NCBI GenBank assembly: GCA_022793375.1 | Contig: JAAWCS010000040.1 | Span: forward strand, 1,157 to 65,156 | Length of the DNA stretch: 64,000 nucleotides | Origin: Lachnospiraceae bacterium | GTDB lineage: Bacteria > Bacillota > Clostridia > Lachnospirales > Lachnospiraceae | Direction of reading: 5' to 3' | Shown: positions 25,898 through 34,041 of the stretch, in pieces | Layout: every line of letters begins with the position of its first letter | How positions within the stretch are numbered: the stretch's first letter is position 1 | Made by a program: the position numbers and the translations under genes | The notes under the pieces: model-generated | The model's input: the letters and a program-made list of their open reading frames with translations, nothing else | The model's database searches: none | Told to the model about the DNA's origin: nothing

Positions 25898-26352
25898 AAG
25901 AAGTAATTGCGAAAGAGATGATTTTTTTGCATCGGAACTTTACCTCTCAGGAGGAAGTATTCCGCTTTCTGGCAAGACAGCTGGCGGCCGCCGGGCGGGG
26001 CGGGCAGGAGGAGGCGCTGGTCGAGGGGTTTTATGCCAGGGAAAAGGAATTTTCCACGGCCTTGAACGACAGGCTTGCGATTCCGCACTGCAAAAGCCGG
26101 GCGGTAAAGGAGGCGACCGTTTTGGTCGTTTGCAATGAGCGGGAGATTTCCTGGACGGACGGGGAGCCGGTCGATCTGTTGTTTGCGCTGATGATCCCGG
26201 CCGAGGACGAAAACAGGCTTCATATCCGTATTTTGGCACAGGTCGCACAGCTGATGATGGAAGAGAGTTTTATTGAGGCGGTGCGGCAGGGGCAGGACGC
26301 CCGGGAGATTTACAATGCCATGAAGGATTTGAATGCGCTTCAAAACGATTGA
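25894..26352 (+). CDS. PTS EIIA component (PTS_EIIA_2, fructose/mannitol type)
   Basis: 'LAIPHCKS' is the active-site His motif. 152 aa. Confidence 0.8.
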   Translation: MKEVIAKEMIFLHRNFTSQEEVFRFLARQLAAAGRGGQEEALVEGFYAREKEFSTALNDRLAIPHCKSRAVKEATVLVVCNEREISWTDGEPVDLLFALMIPAEDENRLHIRILAQVAQLMMEESFIEAVRQGQDAREIYNAMKDLNALQND

Positions 26353-26375
26353 AAACAGGAGGGAGTGTAAACGGA

Positions 26376-26690
26376 ATGAAAATAGTGGCAGTCTGCGCGT
26401 GTCCGACCGGGGTCGCGCACACCTATATGGCGAAAGCGGCCCTCGAGAAAGCGGCCGCTAAGCTCGGGCACTCGATTAAGGTAGAGGCCCAGGGAGCCTT
26501 GGGAATCGAGAACGAGATCACAAAGGAGGAAGCGGGCGCGGCGGATGTCGTGATCCTGGCCGTGGAGATCGGGATTGACAAGCGCGAGCGTTTTGAAGGG
26601 CGGCCGACGGTGAACATACCGGTGCAGATGGCCGTAAGGAGTCCGGAAAACGTGCTTCGCAAAATCGAGGAGAAATTGAAAAACCGCTAG
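26376..26690 (+). CDS. PTS EIIB component, fructose family
   Basis: 'MKIVAVCACPTGVAHTYMA' is the CPTGxAHT phospho-Cys loop. Confidence 0.85.
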   Translation: MKIVAVCACPTGVAHTYMAKAALEKAAAKLGHSIKVEAQGALGIENEITKEEAGAADVVILAVEIGIDKRERFEGRPTVNIPVQMAVRSPENVLRKIEEKLKNR

Positions 26691-26789
26691 CAGGCAGAGA
26701 GGACAAACAGCAGGGGATGACGTCTACCTTGCTTTTGGCAACCGTACATGCGCCCGCGGGCGCGGCTTGGAAAGCATAAGAGGTGAAAG

Positions 26790-27572
26790 ATGAGAAAAAT
26801 TCAAAAGGCATTGATGACGGGCGTTTCATATATGCTTCCGTTCATCGTAATCGCCGGTTTGACGATTGCGCTTACCGGCATAGCGACGTCTTATTTTAAG
26901 ATTGACAACGCGGTCATTACCACGCTGAACGGCTTCGGCTGGACGGTGATGGGATTTATCCCGCCGATTTTAGGCGCTTATGTGGCGTTTGCGATTGCCG
27001 ACAAGGCAGGGCTTGCGCCGGGCTTCGTCGGCGGCTGGATCGCGCAGAACCCGGTTTTGGAGGGAACCAGCGCCAGCGGCTTTTTGGGGGCGGTGCTGGC
27101 CGGGCTGATTGCCGGTTTTCTGGTACAGCAGTTGAAAAAGCTGCCGTTTCCGGCGGTCCTGGATTCGCTGAAATCGATGCTGGTGATCCCGCTGGTTTCG
27201 GCGCTGGCGCTGTATTTTTTGATGGCCTACCCGGTGGGGTACGTGGTCGGGGCCTTGTACGACGGGATTGTGAACGGGCTGGTGGGGATTACGGAGGCAA
27301 CGCTGCCGTATGCGTTTCGCGATCCGGTCCGCGTGATTGGCTGCAACATGGCCGGCGCGGCCGTCGGCGGGGCGATGATGATGGCGTTTCGGATTTCGAC
27401 GCCGGGCGTGTCGGGGATTATCGGCATTCCGCCGGCCAGCAATCCGCTTTTGTTTACGCTCTGCATTGCCGCCGGAGTTGTGGTTTCGGTGGTGCTGCTG
27501 GTACTCGTAAAGAAAGAAGTATCGGAGGGCATGACGAAAGAAGAAGAGGTTGATTTTGACATAATGTTTTGA
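26790..27572 (+). CDS. PTS EIIC component, fructose family, unusually short (possible internal deletion)
   Basis: 'LMTGVSYMLPFIV' at the N-terminus and 'GITEATLPYAFRDPVRV' match fructose-type IIC blocks. The protein is only 260 aa, whereas I recall about 340-360 aa for complete domains. Confidence 0.6.
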   Translation: MRKIQKALMTGVSYMLPFIVIAGLTIALTGIATSYFKIDNAVITTLNGFGWTVMGFIPPILGAYVAFAIADKAGLAPGFVGGWIAQNPVLEGTSASGFLGAVLAGLIAGFLVQQLKKLPFPAVLDSLKSMLVIPLVSALALYFLMAYPVGYVVGALYDGIVNGLVGITEATLPYAFRDPVRVIGCNMAGAAVGGAMMMAFRISTPGVSGIIGIPPASNPLLFTLCIAAGVVVSVVLLVLVKKEVSEGMTKEEEVDFDIMF

Positions 27573-27579
27573 TTTTTTG

Positions 27580-27616
27580 GGGCTGCTGCAAAACATAGCG
27601 TTTTATTTGCGGCAGC
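27580..27616 (+). repeat. Short (core-only) copy of the GCTGCTGCAAAAC...GTTTT..GCGGCAGC hairpin repeat
   Basis: ggggctgctgcaaaacatagcgttttatttgcggcagc shares both ends with the copy at 35234-35320. It starts 8 nt after the EIIC stop. Confidence 0.6.
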
Positions 27617-27642
27617 TTCTGTTTAGAGACAAGGAGACCATT

Positions 27643-30065
27643 ATGAAGAAATTTTTTGTCGTACCGCATTCTCATCTGGATCGGGAGTGGTATCGGACAT
27701 TCCAGGAAAACCGGATTAAGCTGGTGCGTTTTATGGACGATCTGCTGGATACGATGGATGCGGATGAGGAATATACGTGTTACAATCTGGATGCGCAGAC
27801 CAGTTTTATCGACGATTATTTTGCGATTAAGCCGGAAAACGAGGAGCGCTTCCGGCGCCATATCCGGGCAGGGCGGCTGCCGATCGGCCCCTGGTATGTG
27901 CAGCCGGACGAGCATTTGCCGACAGCCGAGGGGATAATCCGCAATCTGTTAATCAGCAAAAGGATTTCCGACGGGTATGCGGATTACAACCGTGTGGGGT
28001 ATGTGCCGGATTCGTTCGGGCAGTCGGCGGTTTTTCCGACGTTGATGAAGGGCTTTGGCATCGACAGCGCGATTTTGTACCGTGGATTTGGCGAGGAGGA
28101 TTCGCGCTACAACGATTTTATATGGGAAGGGCTGGACGGCAGCCGCCTGATTGCAAACTGGATGCCGATTGGGTACGGGAACGCGATGTTTTTCTGCGAG
28201 GATTTAGAGAAAAATCTGCGGGTGGTGGAGGAGAATCTCACACTGCTAAAGGAGCGGAGCATCAGCGGGAATTATCTGCTGATGTGCGGTTCCGACCAGA
28301 GTTTTATCAAAAAATTTTTGCCGGCGGCTCTGCGGCAGTTAAATGACTATTATCAAAGCCGGGGACAGGAGTACGAATTCGTACTGGCGACACTGCAAGA
28401 TTATATAGACGCAATCCGCGGACATGCAAAACAGATGGAGGTCGTGCGCGGGGAACTGCGCAAGGGAAAGAGGAGCCGCACGCACAACAGCATCGGTGCG
28501 ACACGGCTGGATATCAAGCAGAAAAGCTTCATGAGCGGATCTGCTACGGCGAGGGGAAGGGGCGGCCGCTTTTGGTGTTTTCCGCCTGCCTTGCGCCGAG
28601 ACAGCAGATCATCGAGACGGACGTGTATGTAAAAGACAGGACGTTTGCCATATACGACGGGCGCGGAGAGGAGACCGAGTATGAAATCGTTTCGTGCGAG
28701 CGTTTTAACCTCAAGGATACGAAGGTTTCGTTTACGCCGATCCCCGATGACTGGTATCACAAGATGAGGATTCGTCTGCGGTGCGGCGCCTCCTGCTACG
28801 GCTATCAAACGCTGTACCTGCGCGAGGGCGTGCCGGCGGCAGAGAAGGAAGGATCGATGATACGGGGAGAGACGCTCGACAACGGCCGCGTCGCGGTGTG
28901 GGTGGAAGCGGACGGCTCTTTTACGATCGCGGACCGGGAAAGCGGCCGGGTGTTTCGGAATCAGCATATTCTGGAGGACGACGGAAATGCAGGGGACGAG
29001 TACGACTATTCTCCGTCCCTGAACGATTACGCGGTCACTTCGCTGGGCGCTCTGGAAAAACGGAGCGTATTGGAGGATACGCCGCTGCAGGCCAGCATGG
29101 AGTTTTGCTATCGTCTGCGTGTGCCGGAGACGACGACGCAAAAAGCGCGCGGCGAGACGCTTTGCAGCCTGGAAGTTGCGATCGTGGTAACGCTTCGCAA
29201 GGAAGAGAAAATGGTATACTTTACGACCCGCATTGACAACCGGGCAAAGAACCACCGGCTGCAGGTCCATTTTGACGGGGGAGAACGGCTGGCGATGCAT
29301 GTGGCGGATATTCAGCTGGGGGAGATTGAGCGGGAAAACGTGTTTGCGCTTACTAAGGAGAGCGAACGCAGCTGGCACGAGCGCTATTACCCGGTATTTG
29401 ACAACCATAAATACAGCGGCTTAAAGGACGAGGACGGAAGAGGGTTTGTCATTTACAACAAAGGGCTTGCGCAGTATGAGATACACCAGCGGGAGACGAC
29501 GCACCTGGCGCTGACGCTTTTAAGCTGTGTGGGCGCGATGGGGAATATTGATCTCAAGTACCGCTCGGGGCGGCGAAGCGGTTCGGCCGACCAGACGCCG
29601 GCTTCGCAGATGCAGGGGATATTTACCTGTGAATACGCGTTTATGCCGGTGGACGAGAATACGGATTATATCCAGGCGGCAGAGAGCTATGTCAATCCGA
29701 TCCGTGCCGTTTCGTTTCCAGAGTACGACTGCGGCGGAAGCCTGCCGGACAGCCTTATGCTGTTTCGTTCGACAGACGGTTTGCTGGTGAGCGCCTTTAA
29801 GGAAGCGGAGGATCAAAAAGGAGGAATCCTGCGTCTGCTTAATCCGTATCCGTATGCGAAGAAGGATGTCTCGGTGACGGTCAACCGGCATCTTTTTAAA
29901 ACAATAACCTGCACGGATTTGGCGGAGCGGCAGACGGGCTGCGGGGAGGTGAAGATCGGAAAGAAGAACAATCCGGACGGTTCGGCAAAGGCGGTCTTTA
30001 GCGGCGAAGTCGAGATTTCAAGGATCGGGCGCAACGCGCTTTTATCACTGCGGCTGGAGCAATAG
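27643..30065 (+). pseudogene. GH38 alpha-mannosidase (MngB/mannosylglycerate hydrolase-like), interrupted by a frameshift and probably an internal deletion near 28515-28575
   Basis: 'VVPHSHLDREWY', 'QPDEHL' and 'GYVPDSFGQS' are GH38 N-domain motifs in the 27643 frame. That frame turns into junk after 'RLDIKQK'. The GH38 C-terminal region ('LLVFSA...IIETDVYV...') continues in another frame (28572-30065). Confidence 0.7.
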
Positions 30066-30194
30066 GCGGGAGCAATTGTCTGCAAAAATGTAAACTTTCT
30101 GTGAACTTACCGCAATTTTGCTTGACGATTGGCCGGGTAAGCGGCACAATCAGAAGAAAGAGACGCGGCCGGGTAAGCGGCGAAGGAGAACAGG

Positions 30195-30980
30195 GTGGAG
30201 AACGGACAGGAAAGCGTCCGGCGCGCAGGAGGCGTCGGAGCAGAAGCAAGCGCAAGGACAACAGGCGAGGTACACTATCCGGTGATCGGCGTACCGATGC
30301 CCGGACGAGGGCTTCTTGGACAGTACCGGCTGTATTTTTATACGCGCTGTCTGGAGCGGGCGGGGGCGGTCGTGCGCGTGCTGGAGCCGGAGAAGGGGAT
30401 TCAGGCGGCGCTGGCGGCCGGAGAGCGCTGCCATGGCTTTCTGTTTCCCGGGGGACCCGATCTTGCGCCAAAGCTGTACGGGCAGGAGATTTTGCCAGGC
30501 TGTGGAAAAACGGATCCGGCGCGCGACGCGTTTGAGCTGCCGCTGATGCAGGCAGCGCTCTCGGCGCGCCGGCCTTTGTTTTGCATCGGACGCGGGATGC
30601 AGCTTTTGAACGTGGCGCGGGGCGGCACGCTTTTCCAGGATATCACGCGCAGGCAGGAGTATCCGCACATGGATCGCTGGCATCGGGCTTACGCGACGCA
30701 TCCGGTGGAGCTGGATACGGAGTGCCTTTTGGCAAAACTGCTGGATTCCGATTCGGCTACCGTAAACAGCCTGCACCATCAGGCGGTCGATGCCGCAGGC
30801 GAAGGCCTTTGGATTACGGCCGACAGCCCGGAGGGGTTTGCGGAGGCGCTGGAGCTGGCGGACTATCCGTTCTGCCTGGCCGTCCAGTGGCACCCGGAGT
30901 ATATGGCGCCGCAGGCCCCGGTGCAGAAGCAGCTGTTTGAGGGGTTTGTAAAGGCGTGCCGGCAGCAGGCGCTGGTGTAA
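30195..30980 (+). CDS. Class I glutamine amidotransferase-like hydrolase (peptidase C26, PuuD/gamma-glutamyl-GABA hydrolase family)
   Basis: 'CIGRGMQLLNVARGGTL' is the nucleophile elbow; 'HHQAVD' and 'AVQWHPE' are also present. AAGGAG lies 5-6 nt before the GTG at 30195. Confidence 0.75.
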   Translation: MENGQESVRRAGGVGAEASARTTGEVHYPVIGVPMPGRGLLGQYRLYFYTRCLERAGAVVRVLEPEKGIQAALAAGERCHGFLFPGGPDLAPKLYGQEILPGCGKTDPARDAFELPLMQAALSARRPLFCIGRGMQLLNVARGGTLFQDITRRQEYPHMDRWHRAYATHPVELDTECLLAKLLDSDSATVNSLHHQAVDAAGEGLWITADSPEGFAEALELADYPFCLAVQWHPEYMAPQAPVQKQLFEGFVKACRQQALV

Positions 30981-31051
30981 AAGCAGCGTCCGGGGGCCAC
31001 ATCGGGATTCACTGGAGACATAGGCAAGAGACGGAGCAGGAGACATTTACG

Positions 31052-31231
31052 ATGAGAAACGATCACAAGAAAATGAACAAGGCGGCATTATTTTTCGGGG
31101 CAGGCGTATGTTTCTTTCTGGGGGCTTTTTTTCATAAAGATTCCTTGTATATGGCGCTGGGCGTGGTCTGGATTGCGATCGGGCTAATGTGGGTGAAGAA
31201 AAACCGCAAAAGCTTTGGGGAGGACGATTGA
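31052..31231 (+). CDS. Small hypothetical membrane protein (59 aa, two hydrophobic segments)
   Basis: 'AALFFGAGVCFFLGAFF' and 'MALGVVWIAIGLMWV'. The start was chosen at an internal ATG of the 30956 ORF. There is no family-level evidence. Confidence 0.35.
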   Translation: MRNDHKKMNKAALFFGAGVCFFLGAFFHKDSLYMALGVVWIAIGLMWVKKNRKSFGEDD

Positions 31232-31309
31232 AAAAACAGGCTTTTATACCCTCTGTGTCCGGCGGCTCTGGCGCCGGGTATAGAGCGCGCGCAGGAGGCA
31301 TTTTTTCGT

Positions 31310-32344
31310 ATGAAAGTAAAAGTCAAGGATATCGCAAAGGCGGCCGGCGTATCGACAACGGCCGTTTCGCTGGTTTTGAACGACAAGCCATGCCGGCTCT
31401 CGGAAGCGACAAAAGAACATATCCTGCAGGTGGCCCGCGAACTGCATTATCAAAGCGCGGGCGCTTTTGGCCGCGGCGCCTGGGAACGGACACGGACGGT
31501 CGGCTTGGTGCTTGCGGAAGAGGAAAACGAGTTTTTTCAGACCTTTGCCGCCGAACTGAGCCGTTGTTTTTTTGCAAGGGACTATACGGTTTTGCAATGC
31601 AGCGTGGGCACGGATTTGGAGCGCTGCTGTCAGGCCATCAAAAGCCTGGCCGGCGCCAATGCGGCGGGGCTGATCGTGATCGCCCCCTGCTTCTGCGGCC
31701 GTGAGCCAAGGCTGATTAAGCTTCTCAAATCGCTGCAGGAAAACGGGATGCCGCTTGTGCTGGCCGACCGGGCGGTGTATTCCGTGTTCTGTGATTTTGT
31801 GACGGCCGATCACAAATACGGCGGGCGGCTGGCAACGGAACATCTGATTGCAAAAGGCCATACGCAGATCGGCTGTATCCTCTGCGGCCAGGAGGAATAT
31901 ACGTCGCGCCGGCGGCTGGAGGGCTACCGGCAGGCGCTGGCCGGCGCGGGACTGCCCTTTTTGGAGGAACGGGTCCGGCTGGGCGCTTTTGACGAGGAAA
32001 CCGGCTACGCCGGCGCGAAAGCGCTGGTCAAGCAGGGGGTCACGGCGATTTTTGCCGGAAACGACCAAATCGCGCTCGGCGTATACCGCTATGCGCAGGA
32101 GCACAACCTGCGGATTGGGCAGGATTTGTCCGTCGTCGGCTATGACGATACGGCCATAGCCCATTTTTTGCGGCCGCCGCTTACCAGCGTCCGGCAGGAT
32201 GTAGGGCGGATCGCGGAACAGGCCGCGGAGGCGCTTTTGCGCCAATGCGACGAGCTGGCCCCGGCGGCCAATGCGGAGAATTATTACTTTACCCCGGTTC
32301 TGGTGGAAAGAGAGTCGGTAGGCGAGCGGGGGGAGGGAGGATGA
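31310..32344 (+). CDS. LacI family transcriptional regulator
   Basis: N-terminal HTH 'VKDIAKAAGVSTTAVSLVLND' followed by a periplasmic-binding-fold sugar-sensor domain. 344 aa. Confidence 0.85.
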   Translation: MKVKVKDIAKAAGVSTTAVSLVLNDKPCRLSEATKEHILQVARELHYQSAGAFGRGAWERTRTVGLVLAEEENEFFQTFAAELSRCFFARDYTVLQCSVGTDLERCCQAIKSLAGANAAGLIVIAPCFCGREPRLIKLLKSLQENGMPLVLADRAVYSVFCDFVTADHKYGGRLATEHLIAKGHTQIGCILCGQEEYTSRRRLEGYRQALAGAGLPFLEERVRLGAFDEETGYAGAKALVKQGVTAIFAGNDQIALGVYRYAQEHNLRIGQDLSVVGYDDTAIAHFLRPPLTSVRQDVGRIAEQAAEALLRQCDELAPAANAENYYFTPVLVERESVGERGEGG

Positions 32345-32757
32345 AAATGTGGACATGTCCGAAGTGCGGGCGCACTTTTAAGAAGCGGGAACAGGACCAT
32401 TACTGCGGGAAAGCGCCGGAAACGATTGAGGGATACATTGCTATGCAGCCGGAGGGAATACGGCAGTATCTCAAAGAAGTAAGGGATGTGCTGCGTGCGG
32501 CGCTGCCGGAAGCGGAGGAACGAATCTCATGGAGTATGCCGACTTATTGGAAGGGGCATAATATTATCCATTTTGCCGGTTTTAAAAACCATGTGGGCCT
32601 GTATCCGGGACCGGAAGCTGTCCGGGAGTTTGCCGAACGTCTGAAAGAGTACAAGACCAGCAAGGGAACCATACAGCTTCCATACAGCAAGCCGCTTCCG
32701 GCGGAACTGATCTCCGATATTGCCAGGTGGTGTTATGGGACGGGGAACCACCCGTAA
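32341..32757 (+). CDS. DUF1801 (YdhG-like) domain protein with an N-terminal CxxC zinc-ribbon-like motif
   Basis: 'WTCPKCGRTF...HYC' followed by a 'ISWSMPTYW' type DUF1801 core. Its start overlaps the LacI stop. Confidence 0.6.
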   Translation: MKMWTCPKCGRTFKKREQDHYCGKAPETIEGYIAMQPEGIRQYLKEVRDVLRAALPEAEERISWSMPTYWKGHNIIHFAGFKNHVGLYPGPEAVREFAERLKEYKTSKGTIQLPYSKPLPAELISDIARWCYGTGNHP

Positions 32758-32911
32758 GGTTGGAAGGGTGCGGAGATTTGGAGATTCAACAATTTAGATA
32801 TGAGAACAAAGCAAGCCCATCTTGCCAGGAAAGGTCAATCTGCCTTGTGTGGATTGGCCCTTTTATATTGCATTGCCGAAAATGGTGCCGCGCAACTGTC
32901 TCAAAAAGCCG

Positions 32912-32965
32912 TTGCCAGAAAAACGAAAAGGTGATATAATTTATCAATGATAAATAAATTTATCA
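32912..32965 (+). promoter_or_regulatory. Promoter overlapped by an AT-rich operator of three alternating ATTTATCA / TGATAAAT half-sites
   Basis: TTGCCA (32912-32917), 17-nt spacer, TATAAT (32935-32940) with TGa. ATTTATCA-A-TGATAAAT-AA-ATTTATCA spans 32939-32965. Confidence 0.55.
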
Positions 32966-33075
32966 AAACTAAAAATCCCATGCCGCACGAGTCTTGCAGG
33001 CGGCCTGTCCCTGGCATCGTCTCCAGGCAGGCACAACACCGGCAGACGGGACAAAACAGGAGGAGGAAACGCAAT

Positions 33076-34029
33076 ATGACGGCAAAGAAGATTATTTTGG
33101 ACTGCGATCCGGGAATGGACGATTCCATGGCCATTATCATGGCCTGCAAATCGCCGGCTCTCAAGGTGATGGCCGTGACAACGGTCAACGGAAACTACCC
33201 CGCAGAGGTGACGAGCGTCAATGCCCGCAAGATATTGGAGCTTTTGGGCCGTGAGGACATCCCGGCTGCGCAGGGGATGGCAGCGCCGATGGTACGGCCC
33301 GCGCCGCGGGATCCTTTTACCCATGGGGCGGACGGCCAGGCGGAGAATTTCCTGCCCGCGCCTTCGCTGCCGCTTTGCGGGCGGCATGCGGTGGATCTGA
33401 TGATCGATTTGATAAACGAAAATCCCGGCGAGATTCATCTGGTTATGACAGGACCGATGACCAATCTTGCTGTGGCACTGCAAAAAGCGCCGGAGATTCG
33501 CGAAAAGATCGCGGGCATTACCGCCATTTCAGGCGCCTTCGGACTCAATCGTTATGCTTTTGCCAATGCCACGGGAGATACGCCGCAAAGCGAGTGGAAT
33601 GTCTATGTCGATCCCGAGGCGGCGCAGATCGTCTACCAAAGCGGTATCCCGATGACGGCGCTGGGGCTTGACGTGGCTACGCATTTTGACATCAACCTCA
33701 GCGGAGAGCAAATCCGGGCGCTGGAGGAGAGCACAAACCGGGAAGCCGCATTTCTGCGCCAGGCGATCCGTTTTGTAAACCAGAAAGGATTTGAAGCGTA
33801 CTGCGCGGTGATCGACTGCCTGGCGGTCGGGTATGTCATTGACCCGACTCTGGTTGAGACATTTGCAGGGCGTGTGGGGATAGAGACAAAAGGAGAATTA
33901 ACCCTGGGAAATACCGTACTGGATGCCAGGCATCACCATGTATGGGAACAGCTCCCGGTTGTTGAAATCGGCAGGAGCGTCGATTACGCGCGTTTTTTGC
34001 GCCTTTTATTGGAACTGGTTCTGGCATAA
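33076..34029 (+). CDS. Nucleoside hydrolase (IUNH family)
   Basis: 'ILDCDPGMDDSMAI' is the DxDxxxDD calcium/ribose-binding fingerprint. AGGAGG lies 9 nt before the ATG at 33076. Confidence 0.85.
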   Translation: MTAKKIILDCDPGMDDSMAIIMACKSPALKVMAVTTVNGNYPAEVTSVNARKILELLGREDIPAAQGMAAPMVRPAPRDPFTHGADGQAENFLPAPSLPLCGRHAVDLMIDLINENPGEIHLVMTGPMTNLAVALQKAPEIREKIAGITAISGAFGLNRYAFANATGDTPQSEWNVYVDPEAAQIVYQSGIPMTALGLDVATHFDINLSGEQIRALEESTNREAAFLRQAIRFVNQKGFEAYCAVIDCLAVGYVIDPTLVETFAGRVGIETKGELTLGNTVLDARHHHVWEQLPVVEIGRSVDYARFLRLLLELVLA

Positions 34030-34041
34030 GGAGGAGAGCAT

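Noticed and set aside
27577-27642. The upstream extension of the GH38 ORF (ORF-track start at 27577).
   Set aside because: It covers the hairpin repeat copy. The ATG at 27643 has an AAGGAG RBS and begins the canonical 'MKKFFVVPHSHLDREW' GH38 N-terminus.
30956-31051. The N-terminal extension of the small membrane protein ORF (ORF-track start at 30956).
   Set aside because: The extension overlaps the end of the amidotransferase gene and reads as Gly/Ala/Arg-rich filler. The internal ATG at 31052 precedes the hydrophobic segments. Even the shortened gene is of low confidence.
32947-33075. The upstream extension of the nucleoside hydrolase ORF (ORF-track start at 32947).
   Set aside because: It would translate the promoter, operator and structured leader into an Arg/Gln-rich peptide. 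AGGAGG precedes the ATG at 33076, and the family motif DCDPGMDD follows within 10 residues.
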